Assembly: GCA_017543485.1 (NCBI GenBank)
Contig: JAFYFY010000227.1
Location: 3,480-67,479 of the forward strand
DNA: 64,000 nt
Direction of reading: 5' to 3'
Source of the DNA: Lachnospiraceae bacterium
Lineage (GTDB): Bacteria > Bacillota > Clostridia > Lachnospirales > Lachnospiraceae
Part shown: one piece after another, positions 1 to 7,599 of the stretch
Position numbering within the stretch: position 1 is the first letter of the stretch
Layout of the letters: each line of letters begins with the position of its first letter
Position numbers and translations under genes: made by a program
The notes under the pieces: model-generated
What the model saw: only the letters and a program-made list of their open reading frames with translations
What the model was told of the DNA's origin: nothing
Database searches by the model: none

Positions 1-263
1 ATGCTGATATCCAGGTCATCATCCCAGGGGATGAATCCACCGTGTCTTACGGCCCCCAGCAGGGTCCCGCAGTCCAGAAACCAGGGGATGTCATGCCGGG
101 CACAGACCCTGGCCACTTCCGACAGGACCCTAAGCTGCGCCGCCCAGTACCGCTTCATCATCTCCGGCACATAGAAACCATCCCTCACTTCGTCCCGAAA
201 GAACCGGTCCGGGAGCTGCAGATTCAGAAGGGCATTCAGTTTTTCATGGTTCATTTCATTCAT
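1..263 (-). CDS. licD: LicD family phosphotransferase (5' part; runs off the window start)
   Basis: Not in the ORF track. Manual translation gives MNEMNHEK...FFRDEVRDGFYVPEMMKRYWAAQLRVL...WFLDCGTLLGAVRHGGFIPWDDDLDIS, containing the LicD GTLLGAVRHxGFIPWDDDxD motif. Confidence 0.9.
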   Translation of the reverse strand, partial: MNEMNHEKLNALLNLQLPDRFFRDEVRDGFYVPEMMKRYWAAQLRVLSEVARVCARHDIPWFLDCGTLLGAVRHGGFIPWDDDLDIS

Positions 264-293
264 TGATTTCCCCGGAACAGACTCACCGACTCA

Positions 294-326
294 AAAACAA
301 CAGGGGATACCCTCCGGCATCCCCTG
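294..326 (-). terminator. Intrinsic terminator after rpn
   Basis: Minus strand CAGGGGATGCC-GGAG-GGTATCCCCTG followed by TTGTTTT. Confidence 0.75.
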
Positions 327-336
327 CATTCAAGAT

Positions 337-543
337 TCACCGGCAGGAAAAAGCAAGTTCTACCGTTCTTTCATCGTATTTCTTTAAGAGTTCCTCTCTG
401 GAGGCTCCCGCGTGAAGGTCATGAATGGCGTCCGCAAGAACGGACTGGCCTTGGGATATGCCTTGGGATATGCCTTGGGAGAGTCCTTCTTCGAGCCCCT
501 CCTGACGGGCAGCGTCCATATATTGTTGCGTTAACGAACACAC
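337..543 (-). CDS. Predicted internal in-frame small protein (RpnS-like, 68 aa) inside rpn
   Basis: AAGGAGGTG Shine-Dalgarno, then 8 nt, then an in-frame GTG (VCSLTQQYMDAARQEG...). The same SD and start are kept in both orphan copies. Confidence 0.6.
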   Translation of the reverse strand: MCSLTQQYMDAARQEGLEEGLSQGISQGISQGQSVLADAIHDLHAGASREELLKKYDERTVELAFSCR

Positions 544-1179
544 AGCGGATACACCTCCTTCCGTAGTCTTCAAACGTTTTACAGCTTCCGACATTCTGGG
601 AAAACGGGAATCGTTCACTTCTTTTTTCGTAAAACAGCTCATCAGGTCTGCAATCTTTGTATCGTCATTGATCGCTGTATTTACAAAAACTTCGTGCAGG
701 CCATCATCAATGACTGCACCGCTCTCGAGGATCACACTTTCCACATGATAGATTGTACGCCCTTCACCCAGAAAATCGAATTCCGAGATAAACACGATGT
801 ACAGATTGACGACTTCCTCAAATCTGTCTCCGGGGCTGGATTCTCTGACAGTGATACTGGATGCATTGAATCTGGCTCTTCGCAGATGATCATCATCATC
901 TGATCTTTGCACTTCAATATTACATTTTGTTCCGTCCCCAAGTGTACAAAGGGCATCCAGCCTGACGGATCTGCCATACAGATTTCTTTTGCTGCTCTGA
1001 ACGATGATGCTTTCCGGATCTACAATAAGCTTTGGATCTTCCAAAATGATCTGCAGGATTTCCTGACAAACACCCGGTTCCGCCGCCAGGACCTCGAAAA
1101 ACGTATCGTCGATCGGTCTGTAGTCCTTGACCCTGGCAATTTTCTCCTCAAAGGAGAGTTCTTTCTTCTCATTTGGCAT
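337..1179 (-). CDS. Rpn family recombination-promoting nuclease / PD-(D/E)XK nuclease family putative transposase
   Basis: IDDTFF...GRSVRLDALC...CNIEVQRSDDDDHLRRARFN catalytic motifs and C-terminal EG/SQGI repeats. Start chosen at ATG 1179 after AGAGGAG. Confidence 0.85.
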   Translation of the reverse strand: MPNEKKELSFEEKIARVKDYRPIDDTFFEVLAAEPGVCQEILQIILEDPKLIVDPESIIVQSSKRNLYGRSVRLDALCTLGDGTKCNIEVQRSDDDDHLRRARFNASSITVRESSPGDRFEEVVNLYIVFISEFDFLGEGRTIYHVESVILESGAVIDDGLHEVFVNTAINDDTKIADLMSCFTKKEVNDSRFPRMSEAVKRLKTTEGGVSAVCSLTQQYMDAARQEGLEEGLSQGISQGISQGQSVLADAIHDLHAGASREELLKKYDERTVELAFSCR

Positions 1180-1355
1180 AGTTGCTGATTCTCCTCTAAT
1201 ATTTCTATCAGAGGGCATAAAGATACCCTCGATTGAATGGGTGCCTCTACCATGCCTATTGATACTATATCACATGTGTGCTGAAATAAGAATACTTTAG
1301 AAATCCGCGTGAGCATGTACGACGTTTTTTTCGGAAAGTCGATCAAGACATTCTC

Positions 1356-1383
1356 TAAAGACTTTACCCTTTCTTTCCGATAT
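1356..1383 (+). promoter_or_regulatory. Sigma-28 (FliA/SigD) promoter of the flagellin gene
   Basis: TAAA-N16-TCCGATAT, 55 nt upstream of the flagellin start. Confidence 0.7.
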
Positions 1384-1438
1384 GTATGACAGCAATATTC
1401 CAAACCAGAAAATATGATGAGAATCGGTCCTTCCGAAT

Positions 1439-3406
1439 ATGGTGATTGAGCACAACCTCGTTGCGATGAATGCCGGCAGAATGCTGGGACTCACCAACGC
1501 AAAACTCACAAAGGCGACCGAAAAGCTTTCCTCCGGCTATCGCGTCAACCGTGCGGCAGATGATGCCGCCGGCCTTGCCATCTCCGAAAAAATGCGCAGA
1601 CAGATCCGCGGACTGGAGCGTGGCGCCAGAAATATCCAGGAAGGTGTCGGACTTTGTCAGGTAGCAGACGGAGCACTGAATGAGGTGCATGATATGCTCC
1701 ACCGCATGGGGGAACTCTCCGTTCAGGCAGCGAACGATACCTGCACTCCGGAGGACCGGGAATATATTGACAGTGAGATCCGGGCGCTCCGTACGGAGTG
1801 TGACCGGATTTTTACGACGACGAGCTTTAATGAACGGCTGATTTGGAAAGCAAATGCGGAGAAGCTGATCGGAACCTATCCTACCCGCGCCGTCAAGGAT
1901 GTGAGTGTCGGCGGCAGCTGGATCGACATCACCAATGAGAGCTACGACAAAATCCCCGCCGGAAATATCAGTGTCATCGCAGATGAGACAAACGGTGTCA
2001 AGCTTTCCTGGAGAGACTATAACGGAGCCTCCCGGGAAACTGTCTGGGCGAGCTGGGATGATCTGAAAGCAAAGAATTATCGGTTTGAAATGAGCGACTA
2101 CTTCGGTGGTCCAACCGGGACAAATGCGGATCTGTACAGTTCTTCCGGGCAGCCGCTCTTTACCCATCAGATTGCCTTTTCGCCCGCGTCTTCGGCTACC
2201 CCGGCCGACATCAAAGATTCCATCAACGGCCGGTCGATCTCGGTCTCTGTCTCTGCCAGTCTCAGCAGCAGCTGGGAGGGTGCTCCCGGAAGCCGTTTTT
2301 CGGCCTCCGCCGGCATCAACTATCCCGCTGAATACGCTTCCCACAAGAATTCCGCAAACGGCACCAACTTTAACGCTTCCGACGATGCTTTTTTCGAGCC
2401 GAAAGTAACCGGCGGAACGAACCTGATCCAGCATCCCTCCTATTCTACCGTGGATGCAGCCAAGACCGACTCCACAGGCTGGACCTTTGAATTCAACATG
2501 GAAGGTATCGGAACAGTAAAAGCGGTCTCCTCAAACATCTCCTATTCCGGAAGCGACCGCACTCCGGATGACGAAGGCCGCTGGTGGAACTGGGTGTACT
2601 ACAATGGTGGTGCCAGCAGGTATCAGTCCGGGATCACCCGCTCCGTGACCGGCGATCTGAAGGGCCTGATGAGTACATTGACCGGTGATACGGGCATTCT
2701 TTCCAAAAATCCATCCAGTGGGGAATCGGGATTCTGTGATCAGGGTGGCAACATTTCCATCTCCTTTAACCTGACAGCCGACAGCCCCTACTCGTATGCA
2801 GGGACTACAAGCCGTTCGGTGGGATCCCTTACCCTCAGTTTTTCTGTTTCTCCGACAGACACGCAGCAGTCCATCCTCGACCGGGTCAGGAACGCGCTGG
2901 ACGATACGGCCATCCTGGACTTTTCCAAGTCAGGACCGCAGACAGAACGGTTCCATATCGGTGAGCTCTATACCGCAAACAGAACCATTGATGCTCCCAT
3001 TTACGGCGGCCATATCGATCTGGCTATTCAGACCGGCCCGGAAACGGATGCCAATTTCCACATTGAATATGACTCTCTAGGAAGCATCCAGCTCGGCATT
3101 CAGGATGCCAACGTCCTGACCTCTCAGGATGCACAGGAAGCCATTGAACTTTTTAAGAACGCAGAACAGATCATCAGCGAACAGCGCTCCGTCTTCGGTG
3201 CGTACCAGAACCGTCTGGAGCATGCATATAATGTCAATAAGAATTCCGCAGAGAATACCCAATATGCCGAGTCCAGGATTCGGGATACTCAGATGGACTC
3301 CGAAATGGTATCCATGTCTCTCCAGAACATTCTCCAACAGGCAGGACAGGCAATGCTCTCTCAGGCGAATCAGATGAACCAGAGCGTATTAAGCCTCCTG
3401 CAGTAA
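1439..3406 (+). CDS. fliC: Flagellin with a large central variable domain
   Basis: N-terminal IEHNLVAMNA...EKLSSGYRVNRAADDAAGLAISEKMRRQIRGL and C-terminal RSVFGAYQNRLEH...AESRIRDT...AMLSQANQ flagellin helical domains. Confidence 0.92.
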   Translation: MVIEHNLVAMNAGRMLGLTNAKLTKATEKLSSGYRVNRAADDAAGLAISEKMRRQIRGLERGARNIQEGVGLCQVADGALNEVHDMLHRMGELSVQAANDTCTPEDREYIDSEIRALRTECDRIFTTTSFNERLIWKANAEKLIGTYPTRAVKDVSVGGSWIDITNESYDKIPAGNISVIADETNGVKLSWRDYNGASRETVWASWDDLKAKNYRFEMSDYFGGPTGTNADLYSSSGQPLFTHQIAFSPASSATPADIKDSINGRSISVSVSASLSSSWEGAPGSRFSASAGINYPAEYASHKNSANGTNFNASDDAFFEPKVTGGTNLIQHPSYSTVDAAKTDSTGWTFEFNMEGIGTVKAVSSNISYSGSDRTPDDEGRWWNWVYYNGGASRYQSGITRSVTGDLKGLMSTLTGDTGILSKNPSSGESGFCDQGGNISISFNLTADSPYSYAGTTSRSVGSLTLSFSVSPTDTQQSILDRVRNALDDTAILDFSKSGPQTERFHIGELYTANRTIDAPIYGGHIDLAIQTGPETDANFHIEYDSLGSIQLGIQDANVLTSQDAQEAIELFKNAEQIISEQRSVFGAYQNRLEHAYNVNKNSAENTQYAESRIRDTQMDSEMVSMSLQNILQQAGQAMLSQANQMNQSVLSLLQ

Positions 3407-3411
3407 GCACT

Positions 3412-3442
3412 TCTATTCCATCGTCCCCAGGATGATCCGGAT
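3412..3442 (-). repeat. 31-bp duplicate of the 3' end of the DUF3880 glycosyltransferase gene (matches 6295-6325)
   Basis: tctattccatcgtccccaggatgatccggat vs tctactccatcgtccccaggatgatccggat (1 mismatch); both encode IRIILGTME*. Confidence 0.85.
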
Positions 3443-3447
3443 TGTCC

Positions 3448-3548
3448 TTACTGCTCCTCTTCCACCCTCATCAGGACATAATGCGCAAATCTCGGAAGTC
3501 TTAAGGAGACCTGTCATATATAGGATATAATCTTTCGTCCTACAAGCA
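3448..3548 (-). pseudogene. Collapsed remnant of an ATPase paralog (promoter fused to the last ~21 codons)
   Basis: 3448-3512 encodes VSLRLPRFAHYVLMRVEEEQ*, vs VSLKLPRFEHYVLTRAEEER* at 5115-5179. 3515-3548 resembles the ATPase promoter region 6248-6282. Confidence 0.7.
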
Positions 3549-3598
3549 CAGCTTTGAAATGACAAAGCCAGGTCATAGGGGATTTCCTGCAATATAAA

Positions 3599-3625
3599 GT
3601 GGGGGATGCCGAAGGGCATCCCCTA
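3599..3625 (-). terminator. Terminator hairpin of rpn 3' copy 2
   Basis: Minus strand AGGGGATGCCC-TTC-GGCATCCCCC followed by ACTTTAT; related to the hairpin at 301-326. Confidence 0.6.
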
Positions 3626-3634
3626 TTTCGTGAC

Positions 3635-3865
3635 TCACCGGCAGGAAAAGGCCAGATCTACCGTTCTTTCGTCATATTTCTTTAACAGTTCTTCTCTGGA
3701 GGCTCCGTCATGGAGGTCATGGATGGCATCAGCCAAAGCAGACTGGCCTTGGGATATACCTTGAGATATCCCTTGAGATATCCCTTGAGATATCCCTCGG
3801 GATAGCCCCTCCTCAAGGCCCTCCTGACGAGCAGCGTCCATGTATTGTTGCGTAAGCGAGCACAC
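3635..3865 (-). CDS. Orphan Rpn C-terminal mini-protein, copy 2 (76 aa; homology to rpn extends to ~3921)
   Basis: AAGGAGGTG, 8 nt, GTG; intact ORF VCSLTQQYMDAARQEGLEEGLSRGI(SQGI)3SQGQSALADAIHDLHDGASREELLKKYDERTVDLAFSCR. Confidence 0.7.
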   Translation of the reverse strand: MCSLTQQYMDAARQEGLEEGLSRGISQGISQGISQGISQGQSALADAIHDLHDGASREELLKKYDERTVDLAFSCR

Positions 3866-3969
3866 AGCAGATACACCTCCTTCCGTAGTCTTTAGGCGTT
3901 TCACAGTTTCCGACATTCTGGAGAGCAGTGTTTTCCGTCAAAAACAGTCCTTTTTCGATGTATTCCCCA

Positions 3970-4272
3970 TTATCCCGCCAGCGCAGCCGTATAGACGCTC
4001 CAATACCTCAGAATATAATCCGCATCCGTCTCTCCGTGCAGATATCTCTCGATCTCGTGCAACTCACCCAGGATTTCAGGTGATCGCTCTCGGTTTTTCG
4101 GGTCTGAAATCGTTCGAAACACCAGGTCGGAAATCCTGCAATAATACAGGTCAATGTCCTCCTGCTTGTGAGTTCCTTCGCCATTCATGAAAGCGACCAT
4201 CCTCTGAACCTCTCCGTCTATATTGGACATTTGCTCGAATGTGGTCAGCCGATTCCATCTCTCCTGCGTCAT
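3970..4272 (-). CDS. Hypothetical helical protein, partner of the DUF5674-like gene
   Basis: MTQERWNRLTTFEQMSNIDGEVQR...TISDPKN; GGAG RBS overlaps the upstream stop codon. Confidence 0.7.
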   Translation of the reverse strand: MTQERWNRLTTFEQMSNIDGEVQRMVAFMNGEGTHKQEDIDLYYCRISDLVFRTISDPKNRERSPEILGELHEIERYLHGETDADYILRYWSVYTAALAG

Positions 4273-4283
4273 GTATCCCACTC

Positions 4284-4619
4284 CTATCTGATCCAGTATT
4301 TCAGAATTTCAAACAATTCCTCTATCAGTGCCTGGTCAGTAAGTTTGCGTCCCTGTCCTATACCAAGCATCCGGTTTCTTTCAATATTGGGATGGCTTTC
4401 CCACAGAACCGACACTGGGTCCCACAATATGTCTCCACCAAAAATGTCATCCGGATCGGAGCCGGCATCCACAAGTTCCCAGACCATGTCGATATGCATG
4501 GCCCCGTTGATTGCAACCTTTCGCATCTTACGGTCTATGCAAAACTTGATTCTGTCGGGATAAAACTGTTCACTGATCTGTTTTAAATCGTCCAGATTAA
4601 CCGGTGTTTCAAGAATCAT
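4284..4619 (-). CDS. DUF5674-like protein
   Basis: IKFCID...AINGAMHID...LVDAGSDPDDIFGGDI...NIERN pattern resembles DUF5674; GGAG RBS upstream. Confidence 0.6.
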   Translation of the reverse strand: MILETPVNLDDLKQISEQFYPDRIKFCIDRKMRKVAINGAMHIDMVWELVDAGSDPDDIFGGDILWDPVSVLWESHPNIERNRMLGIGQGRKLTDQALIEELFEILKYWIR

Positions 4620-4666
4620 CTTTCTCTCCAGTGACCGTTTATTTATCAAATGCCTCTGACAAACTC

Positions 4667-4695
4667 ATTGTATTTTACCGATAATACGAAGTCAA
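4667..4695 (-). promoter_or_regulatory. Sigma-70/SigA promoter for the two-gene cassette
   Basis: TTGACT-N17-TACAAT. Confidence 0.6.
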
Positions 4696-4756
4696 CTTCC
4701 AACCTCCATCGTGATAGGAACCTGTTCCCGGAGGTTTCCGCCGACGCCAGGCAAAG

Positions 4757-4782
4757 CAGGGGATGCCTTTCGGTATCCCCTG
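4757..4782 (-). terminator. Terminator hairpin of rpn 3' copy 3
   Basis: Minus strand CAGGGGATACC-GAAA-GGCATCCCCTG followed by CTTT. Confidence 0.65.
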
Positions 4783-4791
4783 TTTTGTGAC

Positions 4792-4986
4792 TCACCGGCA
4801 GGAAAAGGCCAGATCTACCGTTCTTTCGTCATATTTCTTTAACAGTTCTTCTCTGGAGGCTCCGTCATGGAGGTCATGGATGGCATCAGCCAAAGCAGAC
4901 TGGCCTTGGGATATGCCTTGGGAGAGTCCTTCTTCGAGCCCCTCCTGACGGGCAGCGTCCATATATTGTTGCGTTAACGAACACAC
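4792..4986 (-). CDS. Orphan Rpn C-terminal mini-protein, copy 3 (64 aa; homology to rpn extends to ~5104)
   Basis: Same SD and GTG with an intact ORF. The rpn-derived frame upstream of the SD is broken by an in-frame TAA (GTA AAA changed to GTG TAA). Confidence 0.7.
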   Translation of the reverse strand: MCSLTQQYMDAARQEGLEEGLSQGISQGQSALADAIHDLHDGASREELLKKYDERTVDLAFSCR

Positions 4987-5114
4987 AGCGGATACACCTC
5001 CTTCCGTAGTCTTAAGGCGTTACACAGCTTCCGACATTCTGGGAAAACGCGGATCGTTCACTTCTTTTTTCGTAAAACAGCTCATCAGATCCGCAATCTT
5101 TGTAAGAATACTTC

Positions 5115-6170
5115 CTACCGTTCCTCCTCTGCCCTCGTCAGGACATAATGCTCAAATCTCGGCAGTTTCAGGGAGACCTTTCCCTTTATTTCCGTATTGA
5201 TGATTCCTTTTTCCTTCAGGCGCTTTCTCGGAACGGACCATTCATTGTGTTTGGTTTTCGTCAGTTCCAGGAGTTCCGCTGCAGAGATAGTCTCCTTTGT
5301 GGCGATATATCCCAGATACCATCTGTCCTTTGGTGTGAGTTCTTCCCAGATCTTGTCATAGACTTTATCTGCCAGAACTTCGTCAAAAAGGGCCAGGACT
5401 TCTTCCGTGATCTCCTTTTCCTTTTTTTCCCACATATACTTTCCGAGTGCCTGATAGGCAAACGCATAGCCTTTTGTCAGTGCGGCCATAGCTTCTGCCG
5501 TTTCTCTGCTGACCCCCAGCACATTCTGATAGTTCTTACTGATGAGGGTCAGGTTCAGCGGTTTCATTTCATACTTTTCCGCACGGGTCAGAAACGTCAG
5601 CCCCTCAGAATCCTCCAGGCTTTCAATATCCTCATACAGTCCTGCCGCAACCAGAAAGATGGGCAGATCCTCTCTGATCAGAATCTGCAGGGACTGGATA
5701 AAGGTCAGCATCTGTTCGGTCTTTCGTGCCTCATCAATGGTGATGAGCACGCGTTTCTTTTTCTTTTGAAGGTGCTTCAGAATGACTCTTAACGCGTGAT
5801 CTGCGCTGGCTATCGAAGGTTTCCCGGATGCTTTGATGCCGATTCCAAACCCGGACAGATTCAGTTCTGCGTCGATGAACTCCGTCAGGAAAGGTGCGCA
5901 GCTATAGAGTTCCGCCAGCAGATCATTTACGATCTCCCCGTTTGACTTCAGCCCGATGATGATCCAATCATCCTCTGCCCGCATCCGTTTTTCCAGGTCG
6001 GTCAGTGTAACCGTTTTTCCGCTTCCCCGGATACCGGTCAGGATAAAGGCGGAATTCTCGATGGGATCAGCATTCAGGGTCTCCGTCAGTTCATCCAGCA
6101 GGATGGTTCTGTCAATATACTGTTTGGGCATTTTCCCAAAGCTGATCACATAGGGATTTCGTTCTGTCAT
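5115..6170 (-). CDS. AAA/P-loop ATPase with a probable C-terminal winged helix
   Basis: N-terminal NPYxxxFG, Walker A GIRGSGKT, Walker B LITIDEA, C-terminal RKRLKEKGII helix. Confidence 0.85.
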   Translation of the reverse strand: MTERNPYVISFGKMPKQYIDRTILLDELTETLNADPIENSAFILTGIRGSGKTVTLTDLEKRMRAEDDWIIIGLKSNGEIVNDLLAELYSCAPFLTEFIDAELNLSGFGIGIKASGKPSIASADHALRVILKHLQKKKKRVLITIDEARKTEQMLTFIQSLQILIREDLPIFLVAAGLYEDIESLEDSEGLTFLTRAEKYEMKPLNLTLISKNYQNVLGVSRETAEAMAALTKGYAFAYQALGKYMWEKKEKEITEEVLALFDEVLADKVYDKIWEELTPKDRWYLGYIATKETISAAELLELTKTKHNEWSVPRKRLKEKGIINTEIKGKVSLKLPRFEHYVLTRAEEER

Positions 6171-6189
6171 GCGTAGTCCTTTCGCCGAT

Positions 6190-6264
6190 ATATAATCCGT
6201 ATAAATTTATATAATTTAATATAATTCTATATAATCAGGATTTATTTATATAATAGAATATAAT
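6190..6264. repeat. AT-rich tract of TATAAT repeats with ~10-bp period upstream of the ATPase
   Basis: TATAAT at 6191, 6210, 6220, 6230, 6249 and 6259, plus TATAAAT at 6200. Confidence 0.75.
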
Positions 6265-6295
6265 CTTTCGTTTTGCAAGCGCGAAACAAAAATGT

Positions 6296-7501
6296 CTACT
6301 CCATCGTCCCCAGGATGATCCGGATCATCTCCGACACCCGGTGCATCACGGTGTGTCTGGCCTTGACCTCCTCATATGCCGCCCGGGCGATGGCCTCCCG
6401 TTCTTCCTCATGGGTCAGGTAATAGTTGGCCTTTTCCACCAGTTCACCCCAGGTTTCATAGGTCTCCAGATGCTTGCCCACCTCCAGAAACTCCGGGATC
6501 TCCGCCTGGGCATTGGTGAGGCAGAACCCCCCGCACCCCAGAATATCCCAGATTCGCTGGGGGAGGCCTGTGCGGATGGGGCGCATGGTGTGGTTTAAGT
6601 TGATGCGGCTCCTTCGGAAGACCTCCGGCATCTCATACAGGGAACTGACACCCCCGTGGCATTTGACGCCCTTCAGGCCCGATCCATCGCTCCGAGTAAA
6701 GAGGTGGGTCCGGGCCTCCGGCAGGTATTTGGGCAGGATCTCCATGAGTTTCAGCCGCTCCAGGGCGCTGATGTGATGTCCCAGATACTGATTTACCACC
6801 GTGAAATGGTCCATGTTCTTAATGCTCAGGGCGGAGGAGAAAAAGTTCGGATCCGCCGCCTTCATGATCTCCGCCTCCCGCTCTCCCACGGTCTCATCCA
6901 GAAGTTCCAGCCCTGGAAGCTGCATCTGGGCGGCTATCAGGCCATCGAAATATCCCCGGTCACGGGGGCTTAGAGGCAGGGCCGCATATGGGTCCTTTTC
7001 CGTATAGAGGGACCCTACGAAGGAGATGTCATAGCGGTATCTGTCTTCCGGCTTTGTCTTTTCCAGAAAGCCGGGATAGTCCCCGATGGTCCGGTCGATG
7101 CGCTCTACATTGACCCCCAGGGGCAGGTGATAGATGCATGCCGGATTTTCCTCATGGACCGACTCAAACTGCTGATAATCAAAGAGGAAGACCCGGTTGC
7201 ATCCGTTCCGGATCTCGTTGTTGTAGATCTCCGACACGGGACAGTCCACGCTGACGCAGACGTAAGGGACCTTCAGCCTCTCGCACACCAGGGAGATGTA
7301 GGGGAAGAAGTTGATGGTGAAGACAAAGAGGGGGCGCTGCTCCAAAATAAGGCGCCCGATGGTCTCCACCCGCTCCTGGGTGGGGATGGACTTCCGGGTC
7401 ATCTCCTCCCGATCCTCGATGACCTCGATCCCCAGGGTCTGAAAGGCCTCGATAAAGTCCGGTTCACAGATGCTGTTGTAACGATGGATGATGATCTTCA
7501 T
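6296..7501 (-). CDS. DUF3880/CgeB-type glycosyltransferase (flagellar glycosylation-associated)
   Basis: YDISFVGSLY, SRINLN, PQRIWDILGCGGFCLTN, ARHT motifs. Confidence 0.85.
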   Translation of the reverse strand: MKIIIHRYNSICEPDFIEAFQTLGIEVIEDREEMTRKSIPTQERVETIGRLILEQRPLFVFTINFFPYISLVCERLKVPYVCVSVDCPVSEIYNNEIRNGCNRVFLFDYQQFESVHEENPACIYHLPLGVNVERIDRTIGDYPGFLEKTKPEDRYRYDISFVGSLYTEKDPYAALPLSPRDRGYFDGLIAAQMQLPGLELLDETVGEREAEIMKAADPNFFSSALSIKNMDHFTVVNQYLGHHISALERLKLMEILPKYLPEARTHLFTRSDGSGLKGVKCHGGVSSLYEMPEVFRRSRINLNHTMRPIRTGLPQRIWDILGCGGFCLTNAQAEIPEFLEVGKHLETYETWGELVEKANYYLTHEEEREAIARAAYEEVKARHTVMHRVSEMIRIILGTME

Positions 7502-7599
7502 AGAGATATCATACCATAGAATCCCACCCCGTGAAGCAGAAAAAAGGGATGGCGTCCTGTCATCCCTTTTTCCATCCTGTATTTCCGTGTGTGTCCGGA

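Noticed and set aside
337-1179. rpn as an IS element
   Set aside because: No terminal inverted repeats or target duplication seen; the family's transposase label is not supported by demonstrated transposition.
3413-3619. 68-aa ORF ending in IRIILGTME
   Set aside because: Chance read-through of stitched remnants (terminator, promoter, out-of-frame ATPase end, GT end); no RBS.
337-5104. rpn repeat copies as a diversity-generating retroelement TR/VR pair
   Set aside because: Differences are mostly synonymous and not adenine-specific, and there is no reverse transcriptase in the window.
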